A stretch of DNA of 62,077 nt from Salisapilia sapeloensis CBS 127946 (lineage: Eukaryota; Protista; Oomycota): NCBI GenBank assembly GCA_023334545.1, contig JAADVB010000095.1, positions 1 to 62,077 of the forward strand. The letters are read 5' to 3'. A model generated the notes under the pieces. It saw nothing but the letters and a program-made list of their open reading frames with translations, ran no database searches and was not told where the DNA came from. Numbering within the stretch: position 1 is the first letter of the stretch; every line of letters starts with the position of its first letter. The translations under genes and the position numbers were made by a program. Below, in pieces: positions 49,426-60,333 of the stretch.

Positions 49426-51547
49426 ACTCGCGCAGGTGAAGAGAGGAAGGACCTTTATTTAGGATATAAAAGTGCTGCTCAGTTGTAAGCAGTTACAAGT
49501 TATTGTTTGTTCTACTCAAATTTTCCTATGGCGGTTCATTGAATCGCCAGACCACTAAAATGTATATTTTAGACTGCCAAAAATGAATTACCGAGAAATA
49601 GAATACGAAGAGGACGTTGTGGAGCGGTTCTCGGGACGGTAGCAGTAAGAAAATCTTATCGGATTTACGGTATATGTTGAAATAGGATGGGTGGAGGAAT
49701 GAATTGACTGCAGTTTAAAGACTGTTCGCGTTGGACAGTGTATTTCTTAGTTAGCTCTTATGCCCTCTTTACTATCCAAATCTACGTATCGTACTCCTTT
49801 CGGACCTTTCGGCTACCCTTCCAGCCTAATATCACATCCTCTCTTTCGAGACTTGTACAAAACTGCCCATTCTCCGATTCCCCATAGCGCGCGCAACCGA
49901 CAACCAGCAACCCGCGCTCAACGTGCAAGACCTCCGGGGAGGTCAGATCTTGCTCGAGGGCACTTCTTCGCCAGAGTGTGCCGGTCAACCGGACGGAGCT
50001 CGAAGTATGGCTGAAATGTCTTGCATATAACAAAACTGGCAAGGCAATCTGAAGGAGTCGACATACAAAGGCAGCTGACAATTGACATTTCGACGACCGA
50101 AATGAACAGAAGAAGATGCACGGAGGGAAGATATGCGAGCGCTAAGGCTGGACGATTGAAGATATGCATATAAAAAGGGGACGTTGACGGCATTGTGAGG
50201 GATTCATGTAGACGGAAAGCTATGCAGCACATGTGCTGCAGATATGCGTAGCCCTTTACATCGATATATTGCTGAGCAAATCTGGGAGATCAGTACGAAT
50301 GCCAGTGCTCTTTCGTTCTTGCTTAGAATAGCCGGTAACGACAATAAGCTATTGGTACAGTTTCTTGAAGTTGGGTTGAAGTGGGATACGTAGCAGTCGT
50401 CCAAGTTTCCATACTTTTCATGATAATTGAAAAGCAAGATATTCGACTGCATTACCTCTTTTGTAGAGTTTAATCAACTACTTCGAAATCGACAGCATAG
50501 AGTTTTAGCTAGTGTGAGCAACCAATTGATTCGGTTCTCACTATTGATTACAATCTGCACTAACAGAAGTGCTGCTAGCGTCAAAAGATGATGCAGCATT
50601 GCAACGAAGATGAAGACTTGACATCAACGGCTGAGTCATTGCAATAGTCATTAATCCTATAATTCAAGCGCACATTGTACTTGTATTGATTCGGCTATCC
50701 ATTTCATTTGAAAGTAAACCTGGTCTTCTCTGCTTCTTTTACAGTGTTGTCATATCTATGCACGAATTCGATTGCCGACATGGAGCTGTAACTCGTCAGC
50801 CCATTTTTGCACTCCAGCTTAATAGTCCTGTGCTGATGATCCTAAGGCATTCCGCTGGGATGTAAATTGAATCTTTGGGCCAAGTTGGATTACAGCTAGG
50901 TCAGGTGATGTATGCAAGAATAGGAACTTAGCTTAGAGATCTGCATCTTACCATACAACTTTGTATACCGGCTATTTGACTGTTAGTCCCACGAACAGTG
51001 ACGAGCTCTAGACAAACTGCATGTAACGAAGAAACAGTCTAGTAAGAAGAGCGCAAATGTGATAATTTGCGGATCTACACGAACATTTCCTCCTTAATTT
51101 CATCGGGTTTTCTTGTTAATTAATAACCTCGTAGACGATACGGATCGTAGAAATGCAAACCCATGCTTACATGAAAACAATGTTTGCCATCTTCTATTTT
51201 TTATAAAAAGATTCATCCAAGTACATTGACACGCCATTGCTCATACTACCAAAACATTAGGTGTCTAATGTACTCCCATACCAAGTCTTCATCCTCAAAT
51301 AAACCACACAGTCGTAGATCCATGCGATTACGATTTCACTCGATAGTATCCAGTTCACTTTCTTATCGATCCCACCCTTCCAGCTTAACACCAACCTCTA
51401 GCAAAATGACAATGATCCATACACCCCAGACAATCTGCATCTACACGATTATCCTCGCCATTTATCCACCAAACGATGCATCATTAAACAAGATTCAAGT
51501 AGCTGCAATTTCAAGGTCATGCCATTGTCTTTCGTCTACAGAATTTC

Positions 51548-53125
51548 TTAAAGATCAAGTAGCAAACGCTCCGGATCTTCCACCTTGTCAGCAATGCTCT
51601 TCAAGCACGTAACAGCCTCCCGTCCGTCAATCAAACGGTGGTCGTACGTCAGGGCCAAGTACATCATCGGTCTCGCGACAACCTCGCCGTTCACAACGAC
51701 CGGGCGCATCTTGGTGCCGTGCATGCCCAAGATACCGCTCTGCGGGACGTTGATGATCGGCGTACCCATGAGCGATCCAAAGACACCACCGTTCGAGATG
51801 GTAAAGTTGCCACCGCTCAGCTCCTCGAGCGTCAGTTTATTGTCACGAGCCTTGACAGCCATCTCGCCCATGGCCTTCTCAATGTCCGCAAAGCCCATGC
51901 TCTCCGTGTTCCTCAGCACAGGCGTGACAAGTCCCTTTGGCGTCGACACGGCGACGCTCATGTCGACAAAGTCACGGTAGACAATCTCCTGGTGCTCCTC
52001 GTCGATCATGGCGTTGACACCGGGCACTTCCAACAGCGCAGAGGAGCTCGCTTTGATGAAAGCAGACATGAAGCCCAGCTTGACGCCGTGCTTGTCCTCG
52101 AATGCGTCCTTGTACTTCTTACGCATAGCCATGAGGTTGGTCATGTCGACTTCCTGGAAGGTCGTGAGGCTCGCAGACGTGTTCTGAGACTCTTTCAGAC
52201 GCTCAGCTGTGCGTAGGCGCATGCGGCTCATCTTTTCCGTGTGCGACTGACGACTCGGGAACGCCAAGAGAGGCTCTGCGCCTTGCACAGGCGTCTCCTG
52301 CTTGGGTGGGGACGGAGCTGCCTTCTCCGGCTGCTTCGTTTCCTTCTTCTCTTCCTTCGCTGCAGCTGGCTTCTCGGGTGTCGAAGGCTTGGAAGGTGCC
52401 TCGCCTGGTTGCAGCGTGAAGAGCGGCTTTCCTACTTCCACCGTCTGATCCACCTCTGCGAGCATGGATACGACAGTACCAGAGGTCGGAGCACGCACGT
52501 CGACACTGACCTTGTCGGTCTCGATAACAACAACAACGTCGTCGGCGGCGACAGCATCCCCAGCACCCTTCATCCAACTGACGATCGTGCCTTCCGAGAT
52601 GGAATCGCCCATGGACGGAACCTCCACTGTCATCTCTTCTCCAGACGGAGCTGGAGAAGACGAGGCAGCTGCTGGCTCTGGCTGCGATGGGGCAGGAGAG
52701 GAGGCTGGCGCTTCACCCTTGGTGACACGGAAGAGCGGACTGCCAACCGTGACGTTGTCGTCGATGCCAGCGAGATGCTCGCCCATGACACCGGCGTAGG
52801 GAGAGCGGACGTCGACGCTGACCTTGTCGGTTTCTAACACGACGACAACGTCATCAGCAGCAACGGCATCACCAGGAGACTTTAGCCATTCGACGACCGT
52901 GCCTTCGGAGATGGAGTCACCCATGGACGGCACAGGGACGTCTTCCGTGTCATTGGAGCTGAAGAAACGAGCTTGCAAGGGTTTGACGAAAGCAGAGGTC
53001 TGTTTGAGCTGGATAGACGACTTGACTGGCGTTCGAACGGAACGGAAGGCAGTGGAGGAAGCCTTCGGTGCTGCACGAGACAGATTGCGTGCGATACGAG
53101 CTGCTACACGAGTCGAGCGTTGCAT
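51548..53125 (-). CDS. DLST: 2-oxoglutarate dehydrogenase E2 with two lipoyl domains
   Basis: Presequence, two ETDKVS lipoyl domains, [26 protein letters not shown]. Confidence 0.96.
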   Translation of the reverse strand: MQRSTRVAARIARNLSRAAPKASSTAFRSVRTPVKSSIQLKQTSAFVKPLQARFFSSNDTEDVPVPSMGDSISEGTVVEWLKSPGDAVAADDVVVVLETDKVSVDVRSPYAGVMGEHLAGIDDNVTVGSPLFRVTKGEAPASSPAPSQPEPAAASSSPAPSGEEMTVEVPSMGDSISEGTIVSWMKGAGDAVAADDVVVVIETDKVSVDVRAPTSGTVVSMLAEVDQTVEVGKPLFTLQPGEAPSKPSTPEKPAAAKEEKKETKQPEKAAPSPPKQETPVQGAEPLLAFPSRQSHTEKMSRMRLRTAERLKESQNTSASLTTFQEVDMTNLMAMRKKYKDAFEDKHGVKLGFMSAFIKASSSALLEVPGVNAMIDEEHQEIVYRDFVDMSVAVSTPKGLVTPVLRNTESMGFADIEKAMGEMAVKARDNKLTLEELSGGNFTISNGGVFGSLMGTPIINVPQSGILGMHGTKMRPVVVNGEVVARPMMYLALTYDHRLIDGREAVTCLKSIADKVEDPERLLLDL

Positions 53126-53769
53126 ATTGGATTTCAAGTGTGAAAGATGGGGTATATGGAGCCTAGAGAAAGATGTTGCAAGGTGCGAAGGAGACTAGAG
53201 CACCGTCGGAACGCAGGAAGGATGCGACGTAGTAGACTCGAGTCGATTTGGTTGTGTGCGGTCCAAAAGACGAGTATGTGGAGGTTGCACGAAGGTTTTC
53301 ACAAACAAAAGTGAAGGTACGATCTTGAAAGGATGCAGGAGGTGTAGCTACATGTGGCGTTTGCATGCACAGACAGGAGAAGAGGAAGAAGCCTGAGCAT
53401 TTATGCGTAGTTTACTGGTAAAAGTAGATAGTGTACAGCATTGAGTACTTACTTTCGACTAGAACAGCTTGTCGCTTATTGCGACGTGCATGGTTGTTTT
53501 TCGAGTGCGAGTCGAACTATTCAACGCCGAAGGTGGTTGCTGGCGTGCTTCCTGGAAAATATTTCAATCACAAGCTACGATGGCATGATAAATAGATCGC
53601 CGAATGACCTAAGTGTAGTAGTATGTATTGAAGAATGTCTACTCTTCGTTTCGTCTTTCATCCGACAGCGTAGACCTCTTGCCAGTTTACTTCTTACCTC
53701 GTTCCGACGCTGCGATCAAATTGGCGAAATATTATTTGATCGCCGAGAAACGCAAATTAATACTAGTTA

Positions 53770-54400
53770 AATGAGATTCATGCAAAGTATGCCCGGGGCT
53801 GTACATTGCCACGGCTTTCCCGTCAACTACTTCGAGTGCGCCAGCGTATTGTTGAAATATTTCATCATTATTAGCCTTTACGCAGACAACGTAATCTGCC
53901 ACATTTGGAAGTCTCGGTGTTCCTTCAATGAATTTCTTTGTAAGAAACGTAAAACAAAGAATCAACATTCCACGTGATCTCGCACTTCTTCAGACTCGAT
54001 ATGACCACTTCTAGTTATTGCAAATTAGCTTTTTTCGTTACATCGGAGTGCTTGTCACAAACATAGATTTTGCCATAGAGCTTTCCGTTTCCATATTGTC
54101 GTCTTCGAAGTCGGCTATTCTAGCATGCTTAGCATTTCCCCTTTGTTTGGCTATTGAAATAATGAGGTCTCTTTTGACATCTCCGTGCGGACTGTACCTT
54201 GAATCGTAGAACATCTTTATGGGCTCTTGAGCTTTTTAATCAAACTTTTTTTAGTCTGAGGACCTATAATAGATTTTGGTACCTTTGGCGAATCTATAGA
54301 GATTTTTATCGTTCTCATGATTTAAACCACAGCGGGCAGTGATGACTGTATACGTCCTAAACATAAAGAACCTGAAGCGATAGTTACTTATTTCTTACAA
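53770..54400 (-). pseudogene. Highly decayed trypsin-like (S1) paralog
   Basis: Collinear remnants VITARCGLNHE, KMFYDSRY...RDLIISI, CVKANNDEIFQQYAGALEVVDGKAVAMYS match the upstream copy; several stops. Confidence 0.55.
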
Positions 54401-54974
54401 CAATTCGTAGGGATCTAGACTAGAGGAGGATGCATTTTGCTTTGAAATGAGGCGTATTGATTTCGAGTTTCTTACGATATTTAAAGTACGTCCTAGCACG
54501 CGCTAATCGCGTGCCAGCTTACCGCTCCAGCCGTTCTGTTATGTGTTTACTATGTTCCTATATATCCGGTCAGTGGTAACCTTGCGATGGTGGCTTCTAC
54601 TACACGCCAATGTCTGAGGAGACGATGCTGGGCGGCAATTCCCAGTTCTGTTCGACCTGTGTCAGTGAAGAGTTATTCAATCATTCAGATATTGAGGCGA
54701 TTCTATATCAATGATTTGTTTCTTGCGCTTATGGATTTGAATTTGCTCTGACCATCGGTGGTGCGCTATCGAATCGTACAGCAATATAACCGAACGTGCT
54801 TTCACGATCGGATTTATATGTACGAGTTGATACTGTTCCACACGAAAAAGGAGTATATATTTATTTGACCATCGGCATCGACTAACACAGCTCCCTAAAC
54901 CCGAAAAGCGCATGTATTGATATAAATGAAAGCTTCTTGATGTTTGCGGAATAGGCTGTGATTTAACCGAAACG

Positions 54975-55998
54975 TCAACGTTCCTTCTTCTCTTCATTCG
55001 AATGGTCCTCCCTCTTCCTCTTATCACCTCTTTTTATATGAGTATTTAAACCCAAAATCTGAAGCCTAGTTTTATCTCGGATAAACTTTGCAATTGTAGA
55101 CATGCGAACACTGATACCTGGTAGTTGGTATGCAGGCAGAAAAGTTGAAAAGCTTAACATTGCCACTATTTTGTCGTTGACTATCAGGGGTGCTCCAGCA
55201 TCTCCTGATATTCCTTGATGAGTCCCCCCCTTGGTGCAAATGTTGCTGTCAGTCACTATGGGAATGATGAAGCTGGAAGACAGGTTGTCCACAAATGCGC
55301 CGCTCCAATCGTCCTTGCAATTTTCAAGGTCGGATACGATGACTTTTCCGGTGCGCAGGTAGTCCCTTCTACCAATCACGTAATCACCATAACCATAAAT
55401 GGTTGCCGTTTGGCCTTCAGCTAGCGTCTCTTCATCTTAAATGTCGATATGCGGAATATCGCCTGCACTCCTGGATCCAACTCGATAATTATGTAAGGTT
55501 ATTATTGCGAAGTCCATGTCAGCTTTTCCGACCACATCGAATTCCTTGTCGAAATATATTTTAGAGTTTTTGTTAATCCTTGCAGGATTCAACTGCTGTT
55601 GATAGTGAAGAGTATTATATAGTACTGTAATATCTTCACACTGCTGGTAGGGAGGCTCTTTATCCTCATGATCCAAAATACAGTGAGCAGCTGTGACCAC
55701 AGCATGGAGAGCGATGAAAAACCCTGAGCAATGAGTGTATTTTCCATTTGAGTGGCGACTTGTTATGGAAGCCATAAAGGGCACATCATCAATCGAAGCC
55801 ACCTTATCTCCATGAAAGACACGATTTTCGCTTGCTATCGTCGAATTCAAGCTTACACTTATGGAGCTAGGATCGTGCACTGTATCGACGACGCTGGAAA
55901 CATTAATTTTTGCACTAAAGGAAGCGTTTGCCACCTTGGTGGCAAACCAGCAGAATGAAGGGTACAGCGACCAAAAAGTTTTTGGCAGTAGCGGGCAT
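54975..55998 (-). pseudogene. Secreted trypsin-like (S1) homolog with catalytic Ser-to-Ala change (GIP-like), disrupted
   Basis: RVFHG, CSGFFI, VVTAAHC, DMDFAII, GQTATIYGYG, GDAGAP; one in-frame TAA (55437-55439) and a 1-nt frameshift near 55937. Confidence 0.8.
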
Positions 55999-57740
55999 TG
56001 CGATCGGAAATGTAGGGGTGGTTTCAAAGTCGCAAAAAGCCAAGTGAGAGCTTATTTATGACGGATTCTCATGTCTGACATCCCCGGTATTATCAATGTC
56101 ACTACGATGATTGTTCTGTTGATAATATACCAGAACCGCTGATTAAGCAAGTTCGAATGTCTATAGAGAATAGTTTAGTTACAAAGACCGTGCTTACTTA
56201 AAATTCTGATGATGACTATGTGGAACAAATTTAATATCAAGTAATATTTACAGCAGAAATTAAGTGCATGGTATGTATATACGTGGCTGTACATAATCGA
56301 ATAACTTTAAACCATTTTTGTTCTTCCTATATTCTCGTCACACTCATCGCATATTTTGCATACTGTTTCCGATTCGTATGACCGAAATCCAGTGTCAGTT
56401 ATAAGCAGCACATCATTAACATGCATTCGGCTGAATACCAGTCATTCCATTTTGATAGAAAAGTAAGGTGATACTACTTATGCTTACCACCATGACCTTC
56501 AGGAGCTCTGGTATTGTTCACATGCCTCTTGTGCCCAATGAACCAAAAAAGAATTTCAAATAAATACTATTTAAGACGAACAAGACGCTTCTTGATTAAC
56601 AATGCGTAATGCTAGTGATTTCACTTGTGTGTAGGTAAAAGATACAGATTATGGAAATGAATAGCTACCGACGGTTAGTGTCCACGCTTTCATGTTGGAT
56701 ACGTGGCTGAAGCCAACCTTACAACCATTTCAACGGATTCAAGTGTTAGGTTAAAGCAACCACGACGTTGTAATTCGGTTCTAGCTTCGAATTACGCTTG
56801 TTGCTAAATTAAACTTTAAGATGCATTTTTTCTAGCTGTGATCACTCTCTGTTTTCTTTCATCTGGGTTTCCACATCCTTATTTATATCCTCGTTGTCTC
56901 ATGCTTTATTGTCTGACGACCATTTACGGACAGTATTCTTAATGGCCACTATCTAAAACTATACAAGCATTTTCATGTCGTCAAATGTTAGAACTATGGC
57001 ATGTACAATGTCCAAACTTTCCTTATTTACCAGTCGTTAATAACTAGAGCTTGAATGGGTATTCAATTTGGAAGCTTTTTATTAAGTTATAAAGCAACAG
57101 ATGCGTCGTATAGTGTACGACGGCTAATTTTAATTGACTGAATCGACATTTGACGGGATTAGTGAGAACGAATGTGAGAGCAATGAAGCCACCACAGTGA
57201 ACAAAAGTTCACCATGACCTCCAACGAATATTGCTTCTGTATGACGGGAAGCAAGTAGCTTTTGTCAAGAACGACACCAAACTCCCGAAGCGGTATGAAC
57301 ACTCATTGATGATACCTTTCCATCTTGATTTACTAGATAAAGCAAATGAATAAATATCGATTGTTGTTTAATTCAAGAAAAGTTATTGTTTATTTCCCAA
57401 TGAACGACATAGACAAGGATTCTCCACTGCATTTTATGAAGATTTTCGAATACCAAAGTCTTTCAATGGCATTGTTTCAAGGTATAAACTAACAATTTTG
57501 CATCTACACGGCTGCCTTTACTTGCCAATCAATTTGAACTGAATTGCTATTACAAAAGAGATCCCAACATAAAATAAAACTTTTCAATGCTGTGCGATTT
57601 TATCATTACAAGAGCGTCGTTTCCAGATCTCTTGTATTAACTTTAAGTATATGTACTCATTGGTCTTTAACCTCTCTATAAGCCTCTATGACGCTTGTAT
57701 TCAAGTAACACGATCTCAAAACCATCGTAGCGAAGAAAGC

Positions 57741-60107
57741 ATGAAGGTCGACATCGATGGGCTCCAAGTGCTCTTCCCGTACGAGCGCATGTACTCAGAG
57801 CAGCTTCAGTACATGCGAGAGCTCAAGCGTGCTTTAGATGCCCAGGGCCACGGCATGTTAGAGATGCCGACGGGCACCGGTAAAACCGTCGCTTTACTCG
57901 CACTCGTACTAGCGTACAAGCATGCGCATCCAACGACCGGGAAGCTCGTCTATTGCACACGGACTGTGCCAGAGATGTCCAAGTGTGTGGAAGAAATTAA
58001 ACACGTCGTGGCGTATCGTCAAAAGCATCTAGGAAGCCAAGCAGATCTCACAGCCGTGTGCCTCAGTAGTCGTCGGAATATGTGCGTCCACCCGCGTGTG
58101 ATGGCCCACGCCGACGGTGAAGCCGTGGATTCTCAGTGTCGTAAAATGACTGCTTCTTGGGTCCGAGCACGAGCTCATAACGCTGAAAGTGACAATGCGA
58201 ACATCGAGTTATGTTCGTTTTACGAGAATTACGAAGGTCGCAAGAGCGATGAAAGCGTCATTCCACCTGGCATCTACTCTGTAGACGACTTGAAAGCTTA
58301 TGGGAGTCAAAAAGGCTGGTGTCCATACTTTTTAACGCGCTACGTCGTCAGTTTCGCCGATGTCATCGTGTACAATTACCAGTACATGCTCGATCCAAAA
58401 GTGAGTGCCAGTGTGTCGCGTAGTATTGAAAAAGAGAGTATTGTTGTCTTTGATGAAGCGCATAATATCGACAACGTGTGTATTGAAGCACTGAGTGTCG
58501 ACTTGGACCGTCGAGCGCTCGATCGAGCTTCACGCAACTTGTCTTCCTTGAGCACACACGTGAACAAGCTAAAACAAGCGGATAAAGCGCGTCTAGACGC
58601 CGAATACCAGCGTCTGGTGCAAGGTCTCCAGTCCAGTGGGACGCAAGTAGCTCCAGACTATGCGATTCGCGGCAGTGGGAACCGCATTGACACTTCGAAT
58701 GACATGATGACGAGTAACCCAGTGCTTCCGGATGACGTTTTGAACGAAGCGATTCCAGGAAACATTCGACGTGCAGAGCATTTCGTTGGGTTTATGCGTC
58801 GATTGCTGGAGTACCTTCGCACTCGACTACGCGCTCGAAGTGTCGAGAGTGAGACGCCCCAAGCGTTCTTACATCACTTGCGCCAGTCCATCTCGATGGA
58901 CACCAAGCCCATGAAGTTTTGCTTCACACGCCTTAACAGTCTCTTGCGAACGCTCGAAATCACGAATCTCGAAGAGTTTAACGCTTTGACCGACGTCGCG
59001 GACTTTGCTACGCTCGTCGCGACCTATGCCGATGGGTTCATGCTCATCATCGAACCTTACGACAGTGGTAGCGGCGCCCACGATCCGATTTTACAATTGT
59101 CATGCCTCGACGCTTCGTTAGCCATTCGCCCTGTCTTCTCTCGCTTCTCGAGCGTCATCATCACGTCCGGCACCTTGTCTCCCATCGACCTGTACCCTCG
59201 TTTACTCAACTTTAGTCCTGTCGTCCGTGAGTCGTTGCCCATGTCCGTCTACCGCAGTAGTATTTGCCCCATGGTGATCACGAGAGGGAGTGACCAGATG
59301 CCAGTGAGCACCAAGTTCGACCTTCGAGACGATCTATCGGTCGTTCGGAACTATGGATCGTTGCTACTAGAAATGGCTGGATGTGTTCCGGACGGCATGG
59401 TCTGCTTCTTCCCATCTTACCTGTACATGGAAAAGATCATTGAGCAGTGGGACGCTTTGGGTGTCCTCAAACGAGTGTTAGATCGCAAGCTCTTGTTCAT
59501 TGAAACGACAGACATTGTCGAAACGACCTTGGCATTAGATAATTATAAAAAAGCATGTGACTGTGGGCGTGGAGCTGTCTTCTTCTCCGTCGCGCGTGGC
59601 AAGGTGGCAGAAGGCATCGATTTTGATCGACATTATGGACGATGCGTGATCATGTTCGGTATTCCGTTCCAGTACACGCTATCAAATACGCTGCGAGCTC
59701 GACTAGAGTACCTTCGCTACACGCATCAGATTCGCGAGGGAGACTTCTTAACGTTTGATGCGTTGCGACAGGCAGCCCAATGTGCTGGTCGAGTGCTGCG
59801 GAGTAAGACGGACTATGGTCTCGTCCTCTTTGCCGACTCGAGATACAATCGTATGGATAAACGATCGAAGCTACCGCCATGGATCACACAGTTCCTGTCG
59901 GATTCCCATTTGAACTTGTCGGTCGATATGGCCGTGTACATGGCGAAACGGTATCTGACGACGATGGCGCAACCGATGGATGACAGTACAAACGTGAACT
60001 CGATCTTATTGGATGAAAGTGGTGTGTCCAAGTGGCTCGGACAGCATGCAAAGGCAGACGAAGACGTTGATATGGAGAAGGAGCAAGTCGTAAGCGCCAC
60101 GGCCTAA
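57741..60107 (+). CDS. ERCC2: TFIIH Fe-S helicase XPD/Rad3
   Basis: MKVDIDGLQVLFPY, EMPTGTGKT, LSSRRNMC, FDEAHNID, TSGTLSP, QCAGRVLR. Confidence 0.97.
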   Translation: MKVDIDGLQVLFPYERMYSEQLQYMRELKRALDAQGHGMLEMPTGTGKTVALLALVLAYKHAHPTTGKLVYCTRTVPEMSKCVEEIKHVVAYRQKHLGSQADLTAVCLSSRRNMCVHPRVMAHADGEAVDSQCRKMTASWVRARAHNAESDNANIELCSFYENYEGRKSDESVIPPGIYSVDDLKAYGSQKGWCPYFLTRYVVSFADVIVYNYQYMLDPKVSASVSRSIEKESIVVFDEAHNIDNVCIEALSVDLDRRALDRASRNLSSLSTHVNKLKQADKARLDAEYQRLVQGLQSSGTQVAPDYAIRGSGNRIDTSNDMMTSNPVLPDDVLNEAIPGNIRRAEHFVGFMRRLLEYLRTRLRARSVESETPQAFLHHLRQSISMDTKPMKFCFTRLNSLLRTLEITNLEEFNALTDVADFATLVATYADGFMLIIEPYDSGSGAHDPILQLSCLDASLAIRPVFSRFSSVIITSGTLSPIDLYPRLLNFSPVVRESLPMSVYRSSICPMVITRGSDQMPVSTKFDLRDDLSVVRNYGSLLLEMAGCVPDGMVCFFPSYLYMEKIIEQWDALGVLKRVLDRKLLFIETTDIVETTLALDNYKKACDCGRGAVFFSVARGKVAEGIDFDRHYGRCVIMFGIPFQYTLSNTLRARLEYLRYTHQIREGDFLTFDALRQAAQCAGRVLRSKTDYGLVLFADSRYNRMDKRSKLPPWITQFLSDSHLNLSVDMAVYMAKRYLTTMAQPMDDSTNVNSILLDESGVSKWLGQHAKADEDVDMEKEQVVSATA

Positions 60108-60333
60108 GCTTCAAGGTCGAGGCACGAGGTCGGAAGAGCGTATCAGATGAGGTAAAAAGATAGACACGCAGCATTTGATTGGTGGTTATTCGTTTTGTAT
60201 TTCTACTTGGGAGCGTTTTGATTGGCGGAAATGTAAATTTAAGTCACCTGTCATGGCAGCCAACCGTTCCCTTCCAAGGAGACTGGAGCTCGCCAGTTGC
60301 AAGAAAATCTCCTGGTGAACGAACTACTTCATC

